Source of the DNA: Anolis carolinensis
Lineage: Eukaryota
Direction of reading: 5' to 3'
DNA length: 64,000 nt
Assembly (NCBI RefSeq): GCF_035594765.1
Contig: NC_085845.1
Coordinates: forward strand, 30,560,024-30,624,023
The notes below the pieces were generated by a model. The model worked only from the letters and a program-made list of their open reading frames with translations. It was not told the DNA's origin and did no database searches. Both the position numbers and the translations under genes were made by a program. Positions 13,299-27,600 of this stretch are shown here, one piece after another (position 1 is the first letter of the stretch; each line of letters opens with the position of its first letter).

Positions 13299-13720
13299 GT
13301 TACCATCACGACGGTCGTCCCGCCCTCTTATTATTATTTTTGTTTTGGCCTCTGACTGACGGCTGTTTGCAGTTGAAAGCAGTTGGCGAATTAGCGGACA
13401 TCCGCCTCGCGCTCGCACTCGTTCATTGCCCCCCCCTTCGTGCCGCGCATGCGCGCCTTTCTCAACAACATGCCATGGGGAACAGCTGGGCGGCGCAGTG
13501 GTGCTGCTGGCTCTTCCCGAGGCGGCCGGCGGGACGGATCCAAAGAGGAGGAGGAGGGTAAGCGACGGGGTTTGTGGGGAAGGACAGGGCGAGGGTTTGA
13601 GAGGGTTGGGAGGCTAGGCGGGTGGGCCTGTCCCGTTTGGGCCAAGCGAAGGGCCTCGAGGGAGACGTGGAGGAGGAACCTCCAGGCTTAGCTAAGGGCA
13701 GTGTATCCTCGGATACTGGG
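12950..13720 (+). promoter_or_regulatory. CpG-island promoter of AP1AR
   Basis: Sharp rise in GC/CpG. GC boxes near 13087 and 13157, ATGGCGTCA (YY1/CRE-like) near 13067, NRF1-type TGCGCATGC at 13112 and GCGCATGCGC at 13445. Confidence 0.85.
13475..13557 (+). CDS. AP1AR: AP1AR coding exon 1
   Basis: gccATGg start in a CpG island; [27 protein letters not shown]; donor GG|gtaagc. Confidence 0.92.
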
Positions 13721-16700
13721 GTTTCTCGGGTTTAACACCGTCTCTCAGGGCCCTTCCACACAGCCCTATATCCCAGAATATTAAGGCAGAAAATCCCACA
13801 TTATTTGAGTGTGGACTCAGATAACCCAGTTCAAAGCAGATATTGTGGGATTTTCTGCCTTGATATTCTGGGATATAGGGCTGCGTGGAAGGGCCCCCAG
13901 CTCTATGGAATCATCTGGTCACTTATCAGTGTCCTTAACCTTCTCTGCCTCACCCAACTCTACAACTTCCAGGATTCCATTGAGCCGTGACAGTTAAAAA
14001 CGGGCCAGACAGCATCAGTTCTTCAGTTTAGAGCTGTCAGAATTGAAAGCACAATTGAAGGCCCATCTCTTCCAGCTAGGCCGACCCAATCAACTTTAGC
14101 TCATGAGTTTTGATTCACATTCTTTTCCTACCCTATGTCAATCTACTGTTTGCTCTGAGTTTTTTTTATATTTGTGTGTTTTTATTTCTGTAATTTATTT
14201 ATTTATTGCAGTGGTTCTCAACCTGGGGTCACCAGATGTTTTTGGCCTACAACTTGCAGAATCCCAGCCAGTTTACCAGCTGTTAGGATTTATGGGAGTT
14301 GAAGGCCAAAAACATATGGGGAGCCAGGTTGAGAACCACTGATTTATTGGGTTACTGGTCCAGAAGCGTTCTTGCCTGATGTTTCGCCCACATCTATAGC
14401 AGGCATCCTCAGAGGTTATGAGGTCTTTTGGAAACTAGACAAATGGGGTTTATACATCTGTGGAAAGTCCAGGGTGGGAGAAACAAGATCTGGCTTCCAG
14501 TATTTAAAAAAACTCAGATCAGGACAGTAATAAAAAAAAACCATCCAGAAAACAGGGAAATTCCAGACAATAAACAATCAGGGCCAGTAGACACCTCCAA
14601 ACAAAGGATTCCCTCAGGCAAGAAGCAGCTAGACTTTGAATCTGCAAGGCCATTAAATGCTAATAAAGCTGGCCAATTACAACATTTGAATTTCCCTCAA
14701 GCAGACAAGAGTTCTTTTTCCCAACCTGGACTTTCCACAGATATATAAACCCCACTTGCCTAGTTTCCAACAGACCTCACAACCTCTGAGGATGTCTCCC
14801 ATAGATGTGGGTAAAACATCAGGAAAGAATGCTTCTGGAACATGGCCATGTAGCCCAGAAAACTCACAGCAACCCAGTGATTCCGGCCTTCGACAACATA
14901 TTTATTTATTGTCTATATTTTATTATGTCCATTTGTTTTTGGTTTATTGTATCCTGCCTTGAGCCATTATTTATTTATTTGCTGTATTTTAGCTGGCTAT
15001 TTGCTGAACTGAGGCAGGCCCATACTGTCTCCAGTCTCCAACAATTCCCTCAATCTCATTAGATTTCTGGCAGCACAGAGCAGCCTGGTTGGATGCTAAT
15101 GGATGACCTTCCCAGTCATTCTGTTTGAAATGATTCAGCTACTCACCAAATCATAGAGTTGGAAGAGACCTTATGGGCCATCCATTCCAACTCCTTGCCA
15201 AGCAGGAAAATCACATTCAGAGCATCCCCAACAGATGGCCATTGAGCCTCTGCTTAAAAGCCTCCACAGAAGGAGCCTCTATCACACTTTGGGGCAGAGA
15301 GTTCCACTGCTGAACAGCTCTCGCAGTTAGGATGTTCTTCCTAATGTTCAGGTGGAATCTCCTTTCCTGTAGTTTGAAGCCATTGTTCTGCGTCCCAGTC
15401 TCCAGGGCAGCAGAAAATATGTTTGCTCCCTCCTCCCTATGACTTCCCCTCACATATTTATACATGGCCATCATGTCTCCTCTCAGCCTTCTCTTCTGCA
15501 GGCTAAACATGCCCAGCTCTTTAAGTTGCTCCTCATAGGGCTTGTTCTCTAGACCCTTGATCATTACCCTCCTCTGGACAAATTTCTTTATTTTCCAAAC
15601 TTGTACCCCACAACCGGCAGCAATTCGATGCCCAACATACAAATTCCAAAAATGACAATTACAGCTAAAACAAAACATTAAAACATAAATTATTAAAACA
15701 GCAATTAAAATCATGCAAGTTCAAAAGCGTAGTCCAGAATCATTAATCACTTTAAAAGTTCTCAATTATTATACTGATATAGTTACTGTTTGAATGCTTG
15801 ATCCCATAACCATGTATGCCTGAAAGGCAGGGAGATTATCAACCTCTCCCTTAAATTGTGGTGCCCAGAATTGGACACAGTATTCTAGGTGTGGTCTGAC
15901 CAAGGCAGAATAGAGGGGTAGCATGACTTCCCTGGATCTAGACACTATACTCCTATTTATGCCGGCCAAAATCCCATTGGCTTTTTTTTTTTTTTTGCTG
16001 CCGCATCACACTGTAGGCTCATGTTTAACTTGTTGTCCATGAGGACTCCAAGATCTTTTTCACACGTACTGCTATCAAGCCCGTTGTCCCCCATTCTATA
16101 TCTTTGCATTTCATTTTTTTCTGCCGAGGTAGAGTATCTTGTATTTGTCCCTGTTGAACTTCATTTTGTTAGTTTTTGGCCAATCTCTCTAATTTGTTAT
16201 AATCATTTTGAATTCTTCTCTTGTCTTCTGGAGTATTAGTTAATAGCTATCCTTCCTCATTTGGTGTTGTCTGCATCAAATTGGGAGGGATAGCTAATAC
16301 TCCAGAAGACAAGAGCAGAATTTGTTGTTAATTGAGACCAAGTGGACTTAGACCTATGGTGACCTCCAAGACACCCTGTCATCAACATTCAAGTTCTGCA
16401 GACTCAGGGATGTGGCTTTCTTGTTTGGGTCTGTCGACTTGCATTATTTTTCCACAATGATTGATGATATTTCATGATGTGTCCAAAGTATGACAGCATT
16501 AGTTTTGTCAGTGTGGGTTCATTTGTTGTATAACTCATTTATTTGTCTTTTTGGCAATCCGGGATACTCATAGAACTTTACCACAGTACTATATTCAAAT
16601 GAGTTGATTATATTCCTGACACCAGCTTTCACTGTCCAGTATCACAATCACGAATAGTAGTTGGAAATATAAACCAACCTTTACTGTATTTATTTTTACT

Positions 16701-18312
16701 GTATTTTACCCCACTCTATCTCAAACCCGAAGGGGACTCAGAGTGGCCTCCAAATTGACAATTCAATGCCGCATTAAGGCATAAAACATATAAAATACAT
16801 TGTGCATTAAATAATAAAACAGTAGCATATAAATACATTTAAATAAGCCATTAAAAACATAGAACATAGTCGCAAAATCATAGTCCAAAATCCATTCCAA
16901 CCACATTAACTTCATAGCTACATATTTGTAACTACTCTCCAAACACTTGGTTCCATAGCCATGTTTTACCTTTCTTTCTAAAGGTCAGGAGAGAGGAAGC
17001 CAATCTAATGTGTCCCTCGTTGCCACCGGCTATGCCTGCAAAGGGGGTCGGATCGAGAGCAGGGTCTCCCTAGAAAATCTTAATGTCTGAGCTGGTTCAT
17101 ATGGGAAGATACATTTGGACAGGTAACCTGTGCCAGAACCATTTAGGGCAGTGGTTCTTAACCTGGGGTCCCCAGATGTTTTTGGCCTACAACTGACAGA
17201 ATCTTAGCCAGTTTACCAGGATTTTTGGGAGCTGAAGGCCAAAAACATCTGGGAACCCCAGGTTGAGAACTACTGGTTTAGGGCTTTATAAGCTAAAGCT
17301 AGCAGTTTGAATTGTACTCAGTTGCAAATTGGTAGCCAATGGAGTTGACGCAGCAGGGGAGTTGTATGTTCCCTGTACGCTGTTCCGGCAAACAATCTGG
17401 CTGCCGCCCGTTGTACTACTTCAAACTTCTGAACAGTCTTCAAAGACATACCCACGTATAGTGTGCTACAGTAGTCAATTTCAGATGCAACAAGAGCGTG
17501 GACAACCGTTATTATTGCTATATTTATACACCAGTATAAATATTTGTATATTTTAAATTGTATACTGTAACGAAATCCCTTGTTATAATGTAGAGTTTTT
17601 AAATATGTTTGTTGATGTTGGGACTTGACCTACCTTATAGGGCTGGTATGTGAGCAGCCATTTTGTGGTTTTCAGGGAGCAGCAGCCCCAGGAGAGGAGC
17701 TATTTTACATAAGAGCAACCTGATTGGTCATATGCAAATGAGTGGGTGCCAAGATTTGAAAGATGAGAGAGTCAAGGATGGCAGTTAAAGGAAAAAAGAA
17801 AAACCCAACTGAACATTCTATGGGAGTTGAAGTCAGTAAGTGAGGGAGTTAGCTGGATAGTCATGATAGTTTTGTTAGTCAGTAAGTAAGAGTCAGGGAG
17901 GACGTTAATGAAAGGTGGTTAGAAAAGTAGTCAGAAGAAGAAGTTAAAGATAATCGAAAATCTGTATTTACGTAGTAATATCGCATTCCTTTTTATGAAG
18001 AAAAAGAAGTCATTTACTTCTTTAGTGGTATATTCACGTAACCTGACCTCTTCCTGACTGTTTTACATTTTTGATGAGATAATTAAGTAAAGTGACTCTT
18101 CTACTACGCAACAAGTTGGAAATGCCTCACATATTTGAATGTTGGCAGCAGAGGGATAGCCAACAAAAAGACTCCCTTGCCTGAAGGTTTCTGCAGACAT
18201 CACTTAGGAGTGGGTGAACGTCTTCATATACGAATGTGTGTTTAGGGTACATGTGAAATAAACAATGAATTTTGTGTGTTTTGACTTCGTTATCATTTCC
18301 AATATATTTCAC

Positions 18313-18363
<51 letters not shown>

Positions 18364-21300
18364 CAAGCTTTATTCATATTCCACATCTATCTCCCCAAGG
18401 GGACTCAGGGTGGTTTCCAAAAAAAAAAAGAATGGCAAACATCAATGCCATAATAAACCAACAAAAACAAATAAACAACCCAACCAGGTCCCAGAAGTAA
18501 ATCCACATATAACAAAAATATAATACATAATCAAAAATTAAATAACATAACCGACAAAGATTAACAGAGCACTTTTCATGATGTGGCTGCTACTACTACT
18601 ACTACTACTACTATTTTATTTCTTACCCACCTCTCCCTGTGGCTCAGTAAGTACTGATTATTTGCACTCTTTTGACCTTCAAGAGACCAGAATATAAATT
18701 TTATTTCTGCAGCCATTGTCTCTAACAGTGAACATCTGTAATTTACACCAATTTGAAAAACCAGTTGAAATTGTAACTACCTGTAACAGTTCTGGGAATT
18801 ATGGGAATTGCTGTACTACAGTGATCAGTGCTGCCCATGTTCAATTGGCTAGTATGTTGCAAGGTTTTTCCAGCTGAACTGTAATCTTCCACATCAACAC
18901 ATGGAGCCTACCTACTCTTTGTTCACTAGAGAATCAATTACAGTCAGTTCAGTGGAGCTTTCTAAGTTAAATAATACATAGGATTGCTGATAAAGTCTAA
19001 ACAACATTGATGTAAAAATGCTTGCAAACAGGAAAATACATTAAAGAGCCATTTCATGATAAATTTTTGAGTTTTTAAGGCAGATGGGGGGGAAATTAAT
19101 TAAGGCTTGCGACAGTAGGGCAATGATAAGGGTGGTGAAAGTTGCAGTTCTTTTTTTAATCGAGAAAGTTCATTTGGGCTTATGTCTTGAGTAAGTACAG
19201 TACCTATAACTTACAGTACAGTATATTTGATTTTTTATTTGCTGAAGGGTTGCAGTAAACTTTGCTTACAGTACGTTAGGTTGCCATCCAAAAGTCCTAC
19301 TAAATTATTTCAATCCTGAATATTTGGGTTGAGAGAATTAACCCAGTGTTAATTTCTTAGCTTCAATTAATATTTTATTTCAAACACAGCTTCATTTTTA
19401 AATGTATTTCTTTACTGTATAGCCTGCCTTTCTCCCAAGGGAGAATGAAATTCTCACAAAGTGAGCCCCCATTCCTAACAAATATGAACCTCTGCCCCTT
19501 ACTCATGGCAGTCATGGTACTGAGTTTATCTTCATTTTCAAGCAGACCACAGTTGTGCTTTAATGTACTGAGTGTACTTTAGTTAGCTTACATAATTATG
19601 TCATCTGTAGAAACTGACTCATAATTAGTCTTCAAATAAAATTGTGAAGATGAGAAAGTGGCTATGTTGGAAGTAAGGCCAGCTTTCCCACAGAACAGCA
19701 TCTCACTTGTGTCAAAATTTTATGTATATTTTTTGACCGTGGTACCCTGACTTGAACCATGAGGAGACACAAGTAACAAATTATTATTAGTAGTAGTAGT
19801 AGTGCTATTATCAGTATTATTATTACTGCTGCTACTACTAAAATGAGAAACAATAATTGTTTGTAGTCTTTTTCACAAGAGCTGTCTCTCACTTTGAGGA
19901 AATTTACAAGAATGTCACCAGTTTATACTATCTACAATTGTTTCCTTTTCAGCTTATGAATTATGCCTATTTTCCTTGACAAGATGCTCTACACAGTCTG
20001 ATTTTCAGTTGTGGGTGAGCATATGGATAAATCAAAATGTGTCTGTAACAGATTGAAGACCTGATTAATGCTTCCCCCCACCCCAAACCCTGCTCTATCA
20101 ATTAAAGGCAATTTCCTTGCATAATATATAAAGCATAGTATTCTGAGTCAGCTTAATGGCTCTAAAGATGGTAAAAAAGATAAATGTTTTCATTGATATA
20201 AGCATAGATGAGCCATTCCATAAAAGCCATGCTGAAAATTTATGGTTGACATGAAATATGTACCTAATTTGCATCATGATACTTGGTTATTTTGATATCC
20301 ATTACCTGCTAAAATATGAAATGTAAAATGTTTAAATGAGTGAAAGGTGTAAAACAATTAATTTTATGTTTACTTAAATATACAATCTGATTAGTGCTTT
20401 CGGCCCCACATTTGTCCTACAGATACCAGAAAAGATATATGTGTGTGAATAAGCGTATGAGAGATAAGGGAATATATGAATTAATAAAACGAATTGGTTT
20501 GCATAGAATATAATGTGCATTATCATATGTGTGTTTCTGGAGATCTCCAGTGCTTCATTACTCTACTGTATATTATCCTGCTGTTGCTGATGTTGTTAAT
20601 TCATTTTCATAGTCTACTTTTCGAGCACTACAATTGCTTTTTAAGAGCATTTATGGATTATTATAGTGAAAAAAAGAATTGACTTCTTGGCACAAGCTCT
20701 TTATTTTGATATTATTTGTACAGATTTTGAATATCAACATGTTTTATAATGGTTTGATGCAAAAGATTCATTCCCTATGTGCTGTTGGCATAATTAGAAA
20801 CTGGGTCAGGTTTAGTTTCAGTGTTCTCATTGTCAGCTTTCACTTTATTCCTAGGGGGTTCATAGTGTTGTTCTTTAAAGGCCTTGTGGAAAACATATAA
20901 TTAGATCTGTGGGTTTTTGTTTATTATTCTTGTCTAGAATACTTGTTTGTTTTGTGTGTTTTTCCTAAAAAGATTTCTAAAATAATAAAGCTTAACTAGT
21001 ATAAGTTCATAAAATTGCAAATACTATTTCAAATGTTATTTATTATTTCAGTTGAAAATCACATGATTCACATGTGATACGATTGAACAGTGAGATATTA
21101 CATTCACTGGATTGGAGCCAAAGTAATTAGATCTAAATTGTTTCTTCCAATAAAAGATGAGCTTAAGATCTAGTGGAGCTTCATTTTCACAAGAAGATGA
21201 AGACAGAGATAATTTTTCCATCTGCAACCGACTCTAACCTCTCCTACTCTTCCAGAGGCTTCACAACTCTCCAGAACAACTAGTTAATGGAAAGCAGGAA

Positions 21301-24300
21301 AAGGGAAAAATTCTCCCCTCCCCTTTTCTTCTAGATTGTCCCATGAGAAGAACTCTGATCATAGAAACTCTGAATCCAACCTAATATTTTATTATGCATA
21401 TTGTTATGTACAACATACGCTTATAAAAAGAAATTCTCAGTGTATGGAACACTATCCCTAAATTAATAAGCAAATATATCATTTTTCCCATAGTATAGTA
21501 CTGGTTAAGTTAGGAACACACATAATATTGGGTTGAATACTGCTGATGACAAGAACATGCTGGGCTCATGCTGCACTGTAAATCTGGCCTTGCTATGTAT
21601 CCGTTCTTTCTTCTTGGGAAGAATATCATATTATATTGCTTTATTTCTTAGGTCAAAATACTTTAAGCCATGCTCAACAGGAGAGCACTTCACTATAGAG
21701 GTGAGTCAAGGTTATCAATTCCAAATTTTGTTGTTGCTTAGCTTTTGCAGATAATAGCAGAGAACTCAATAATCCGAAATTTGTTGGTAGAAATGTTATA
21801 GAAATTGAATTGAATCTAGAATTATTTGTTCTTAGAGCAGATGAAATAAACTTAGTGGAGCTTTAATTATGTCTAACATAAGTCCGATTGATTTCACCAG
21901 GCCTGCTCTAAGAATTATTAGGTCTTGGTTCAATTCACTATTTTTAAACATAGTTACTGGAGACTTTTGATACAATTTAAAATAATAAAAATAATTAAAG
22001 TAGATTAAAACATATTGAAGATGTTAACAACTTACAAATTTTAAAACAGGTTAAAGTCATGTACATATTTTGGAATACATCAGTGAGGCCCACATTACTC
22101 GATTGGCATGCCATAGTTGAGAAGACTCTCTCCCATGTCATGTCATATTGTACTGACTTCAGTACACAACCCTTCCCATGCATACTTTAGTATAAAGTTA
22201 TGTATAGAGATAGGATGTCAAGTTTTGCTTTCGTATGCCAGTGCAAGCACCTTGAATTTAGACCAGAAATATACTGGTAATGCTGGCAATCAGTGAATTA
22301 TTTTTGTATTGTGATGTTATTTAATTTCTGGATGGTGTTCAATCAAGCTGTTGTATTTTGCAGTAGGCTTAGCCTTCATGATATCGAGAGGGGCGGGGAA
22401 GCCTTCCTTTTCTCTGAATAGAGTGGTGAAAGACAATATATTAGTCTGTCCCAGGAGAATCTAAAAGAAGCACTGTCGACTATCCCCCCCCCCTTTCCTC
22501 TGTGGCACAGCTTCTGGTCGTTTTCTGTGCCTCGGCAGGAAATGGTGGTGGTGACTGGGATGGCATTAATATTTCCCCCCCTCCACAAAATGGCCCTTGA
22601 CTTACCCACAAATATATCAGAAGTCATAATTTTGTCCCCCAAACCTGTCCTCGATTTATACATCAGATCAACTTATATATAGTATATTTTTTTTCATGTA
22701 CTGACCTATTTTTATCTTATTTTAGGTAATTAGGCATGACCAAGAACATATTAGATTGTGTAAATTGCTCAAGATATATATTAATTTCAAGCTCTAATTC
22801 GTTGTTTAATGGAAATACTATTTTATCTCTTTTCAGTTTGAGAATCTAGTGGAAAGTGATGAAGTAAGTAGTTTCCTGCTGATTGAAATTTGGGGTCAAG
22901 ATAGTATATGTGAATTGGATCATGAAGGTATAAATTATCAATAAAACAAAGGTAGCAGCAAACAGTAATATACAGAAAGCTAATAGAAAGAAGCATTTTT
23001 CTAGCTTATTTAAATTTTGGATGGAGTTTTTCCCGAGTCTTTCCTGAGAGAAAAAAGGGTGAGGAGTGTTGTTGTCAGAGGCCTTTTTCTATTCTTAATT
23101 CATTCTAAAATATACACGCATACCCCAGACCACTTTACATGAAAAATTTGACAATATTGTCCATTTGTTGTAATTCACTGTAGATAAAAGCTGGAGTAGT
23201 GCAGTGAGTAACAGACAAAGTTGTGAACCAGGAATTATTGGTTGGACTCTCACCTCTGCATGAACTCACTAGGTGGCCTAAGGCAGGTCTCTTTTAACTT
23301 CAGTCAACCCAGCTGCAATATGGAAGACACTATTAATATACCTTACAGGGATGTAATAAGAATTATAGCTAGATATGTGTAGGGTAGTGCTCTGAACCCT
23401 CAGAAGTGGTATAGAAATGTTATTCATTAGAGATAAAGGTAGAAGTTCTACTGAGAAATCTGTTCCAATGGACTTCCTCTTTCAGCTATTAATAGCAGCC
23501 CTTCAAGCTGGAAACAGCTGAGTAAGAGATGGGATTGAAGGGCAATCCCATTAGCGGTACCACTTTGTTTAGAGGTTGTATTTTTTTTACAAATTCAACT
23601 ATTTCTGTTAAGATGGTAATAGGAAAAATTGTAACTTTTAAAATGAATATTTGGTTTACTTGTTTCCCTCTCCAATATTTTTTTATTTTGTATACATTGG
23701 ATAAAGAGTGAGCAGTGGGCCTTCCAGATGTTCTTAAACTGCAGCTGCTGTGAACCCAAACCATATGGAATTATAGAAAAAAAGAATAGAAATACATTGA
23801 CAGGGATTTTTTTTGTCCCATGCATTTAATACTGATTTAATTTGTTTAAAGGTGGAAATATTTTCAATTTTTTAAAGTACGTTTTACCAGTTACATTTTG
23901 TAACGTTCTAATAAAATATATACTATTTTGATAATTTATTACAGGGTGAAAGTCCAGGAAGCAGCCAAAGGTAAGTCATTTTATTTATAATAAGTGTTTT
24001 CTCAAGCCTTCTCCCATACTGGTGGTGATATAGGAGTAGGGAGAAAATAGGCTGTAATCTGCCAAATCCAAAGCTCCAGTAGTCTTTTCAAAAGCAACAA
24101 AACCAGGTCACTCCACAGGGAGCCTAATACCATCATAGTACCCACCCACCCCTATTTTGGCTAACAGGAGTCTGTAAAAGACCCAATTAGGCCCTTCTGG
24201 AAGCATTGCAGGAGGATGCACTGTTATTCGATTCCACCTTCTGAAAGATGTAAAATAATCTGCCACATCATTTCCCTGATCCTATTCAGAGTTAAATGGA

Positions 24301-24632
24301 TATAGAATTGTAATCTTATCTCTGAAGGATAAAAAATAAGCAGATTCTTACTCACATACCAAATAAAAGCATTCCCAAAAAAAGAGGGTTGTTCAACATG
24401 TACATTGTTCTTTAGGATATTGTTATATTTTTCTGAATTAGGAGGAATTAAAGAAGCATCTTACTTGCATTTTCTTTTAAATATGATAATATGTTTTAAT
24501 ATCGTTTATAAAACACATTTTAATATGTGTATTTCTGGTATTTTTTACAATGTGTGGGTGTTTTAATTATTCTTTAACCCGCCTTGAGCCACAAGGAGGG
24601 GCGAGTAAGAAATAAAATTAATATTATTGTGG

Positions 24633-24666
<34 letters not shown>

Positions 24667-27600
24667 ATGGTAAAAATGAATTTTAATAGTGGCCCACTTT
24701 TGGGGGGGGGGGGTCCAGTTAACAAGCTGTCCTTAGGGCCTATCAACATCTGAAAAAAGAAACCTTTTTTAGTGCACATGCAGCTGTCACATCATGGTGA
24801 GTTTGTCTTCAATGGCCACAATTGACTATTGAACGAACTCGCTTTGGTGTGTTCTTGCGAAAAGACAAATCCTCCCATTTGCATTGTTGCTGGCCACACA
24901 GCAGTTGCTGCTTCAGGTTTTTTCTTCTTCGTCATCCCATCATGCATATGATGATACGTATTTTCATCCAAGGTGTCATTAGCCCTCCTGTCGTGCTGAG
25001 GTCTGCTGACACTTATATATCTGCACTTATATATCTACACAAAAATTTCTGAGAGAGAGTGTGTGTGTGTGTGTGTATAGATATTGGGGGTGGGGGGTAG
25101 GGGGGGACTTTAGTGTGGGAGACTGTTTCCATACTTAGATTACTCTGAAATGTTTCCCTTGTTCCTTTTCCCTTAATCTTTTCAGACCGTTGACTGAAGA
25201 AGAAATTGCTGCTCTAAAAGAGAGACATTATAATTCTATTGCAGAAAAACAAAGAACATTAGATGCTAAACTTCAGTCAGAGGTAAGTATGGTAACTATA
25301 CATACTCACTTTTATATACGAATAAATGGCCACAGTAACTGACTGACAAATGGGGAAGGCTGATGAGTGAAACAGCTAAGATAGGTGTCACCTCATAACA
25401 AAAGAGAATAGAGCAGAGAAAAAAGAAAAACTATAGGAAAAAGCTTCATTTGTTAAAGACAAATAAAACCTTGCTTAAAGTTTCTCAGTCAAAAGATAAA
25501 ATAAATGATTAGGAGAAAAAAGGATGGTTTATCGGCAGCACGTATACGTGACAGGTTTTGAATACTACAAAGAAGAAAAAGAAAGCTGCACCAGTCATAT
25601 TGGTGTTGCAGGTCTCGATTGAAGAGTTTGACTAATTGAAACTCAGTAACAGGGTATTCGGCATTATACCAAATGTTTCACAGTTGAGATGTAATACAAG
25701 CCAGAAAGAAAACAGCACATGAAGATGCTGTTTCTATTCTTGTTCCTGGCTTGCTCTTAAAATGATTCCTTGAACTGGGTCAGTATGTCCAGAGTGCAAA
25801 ATATTACGTAATTTCTGTGGAGAGTTACCACTGTGGTGTGATATTTCACGTGCAGATCTTTATCCTCGGCACATTGTTCCTGATAATTCTTCCAGGCACC
25901 AGAGAAAGAACTTTTATATCCATAGGGTTCAATACATATTCTGAAAATGTGTTCTTAGCATGCCCTTTTATTGTTTTCAGCAATTTCATCATTGCTGCTT
26001 CACTATCTAAGCTGTTGCAAACATGAAAACGTTTAGTCAAAGAGGGGTACAAGAGATGCTTGAAATAATGAGAGTAGAACAGGAAGTACATCTCACCTTG
26101 GAAGAGGAACATAAATAGCACTGGCATCTTAAAAACAGTTAAACAAGCTATTTGTTAAGAATAAGTACAGTAGACTTACTCATCAATTCTTCGGTTGCTT
26201 GGCAATGACAAGAATTCTAACAGCGTCCCAGTGTTTCAGTCATGCTTTAATGGTTGGGAGAGGAGGAGAGATGAGAGTTTGTGTTTTGGATAGCAAAATT
26301 CTGTATCCCAACTAAGGTAGAGTAGCATTTCAGTGGGTTTGCTCAGGATAGTTCTAAACTTGAATTTCACCAGTTACATTTGTCTATGTACAAAAATACC
26401 CATAAGACTACATGGTACGGTAAATATAATTCTAACAAGATAAAGTGACCAAAGGTTCAGCACTATGTATACAAGTGTCTGTGAAGAAACATTCAAAATT
26501 TAGATAAGCTGAACACATGATTAACAAAATTGATGTAAGTTTAAAAAAATTTAAATGACATTACTAATTTTATGCTGTAAGATGCATTTGTTATTTGAAA
26601 ACAATCATGGCTACTTGAAAGCTCAGCATCATTGCTTCAGTTTGAAGGATCAAATGCCAAACCCTCTCTAAGGATTAAAAGAAATGCAGAGCCAGTGTGG
26701 TGTTGTAGTTTAAGCATTGAATCACTTTCCGGGAGAGCAGGGTTCAGATCCCCACCTGGCCATGGTAACCTACTGAGTGACTTTGAGCAAGTCACATACT
26801 CTCAACTGTACAGGAGGACAAAGGTAGATCCTTTCTGAATAAGTCTTGCCAAGAGAATCCCATGATAGAGTTGCCATTAGTCGGAAATAACTTGAAGGCA
26901 CACAACAACAAATTTTATAGTAGAGATTATGTGCTAATTATTTACTCTTTATAAATGCTTAAAATTCAGTTTTAGTCTTCCTAGTTTTGCAATCATTATT
27001 GCTATTAGGTTGCAGTGGCTTAAATATTTATCTTGCACCATTAATAAAAATGTATGTCAAGAGGTCTGTATAGAGCCATAATTGCTTTTCAGTATACATA
27101 ATTCAGTCAAAACGTAATTGGTTTTAGAAGATAGTATGAAAATATTTTCTTGTTTTTCCCCTTATCTTACTGATACTTTTTTCCATTTTACAAAAAGCTT
27201 TTCCTTTGAATTCAGTGCATTTATTTTCATAGGAGAGATAGCTAGGTTCTCTTTTGTTAACCCTTATTATTTTGTTCATACACAGTTAGCCATACAAGAG
27301 GAGAAGTTAAGAATAGAAGAGGAGACTTTATATGCTGCGCAACGTGAAGCAGCCAGGGCAGCAAAGCAAAGAATGCTCTTGGAGGTGAGGGGAAAAGACC
27401 CCAAAATATATGTATCAGAGCCTCTCTAATGTCTCTTGCTCTTAAGTTTCACATGCTTTTTTGAACAAGGTGAAGCTTTGTTTGTAGTGCTTTCTGTTTT
27501 TTGTATTCTCTCAAGCTGAGAATCTCTCAAGTTCTGTATAAGGTATTTTATGCAAATAATCTGTGTATTAGGGGTTTGGTTTGAATTCTAACTGTTCCCA

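Noticed and set aside
13340-13372. Branch-point-like CTGAC plus tttgcag, suggesting a 5'UTR intron in AP1AR
   Set aside because: No convincing upstream donor; cannot be supported without transcripts
12866-13474. 231-aa ORF extending AP1AR upstream
   Set aside because: It starts at GTG and crosses the promoter and a (GA)n repeat; an open frame is expected by chance in GC-rich DNA
18127-18523. Poly-Ile/poly-Asn ORFs, and IYLS-repeat ORFs at 3803-4057
   Set aside because: Translations of (AAT)n and (GATA)n microsatellites
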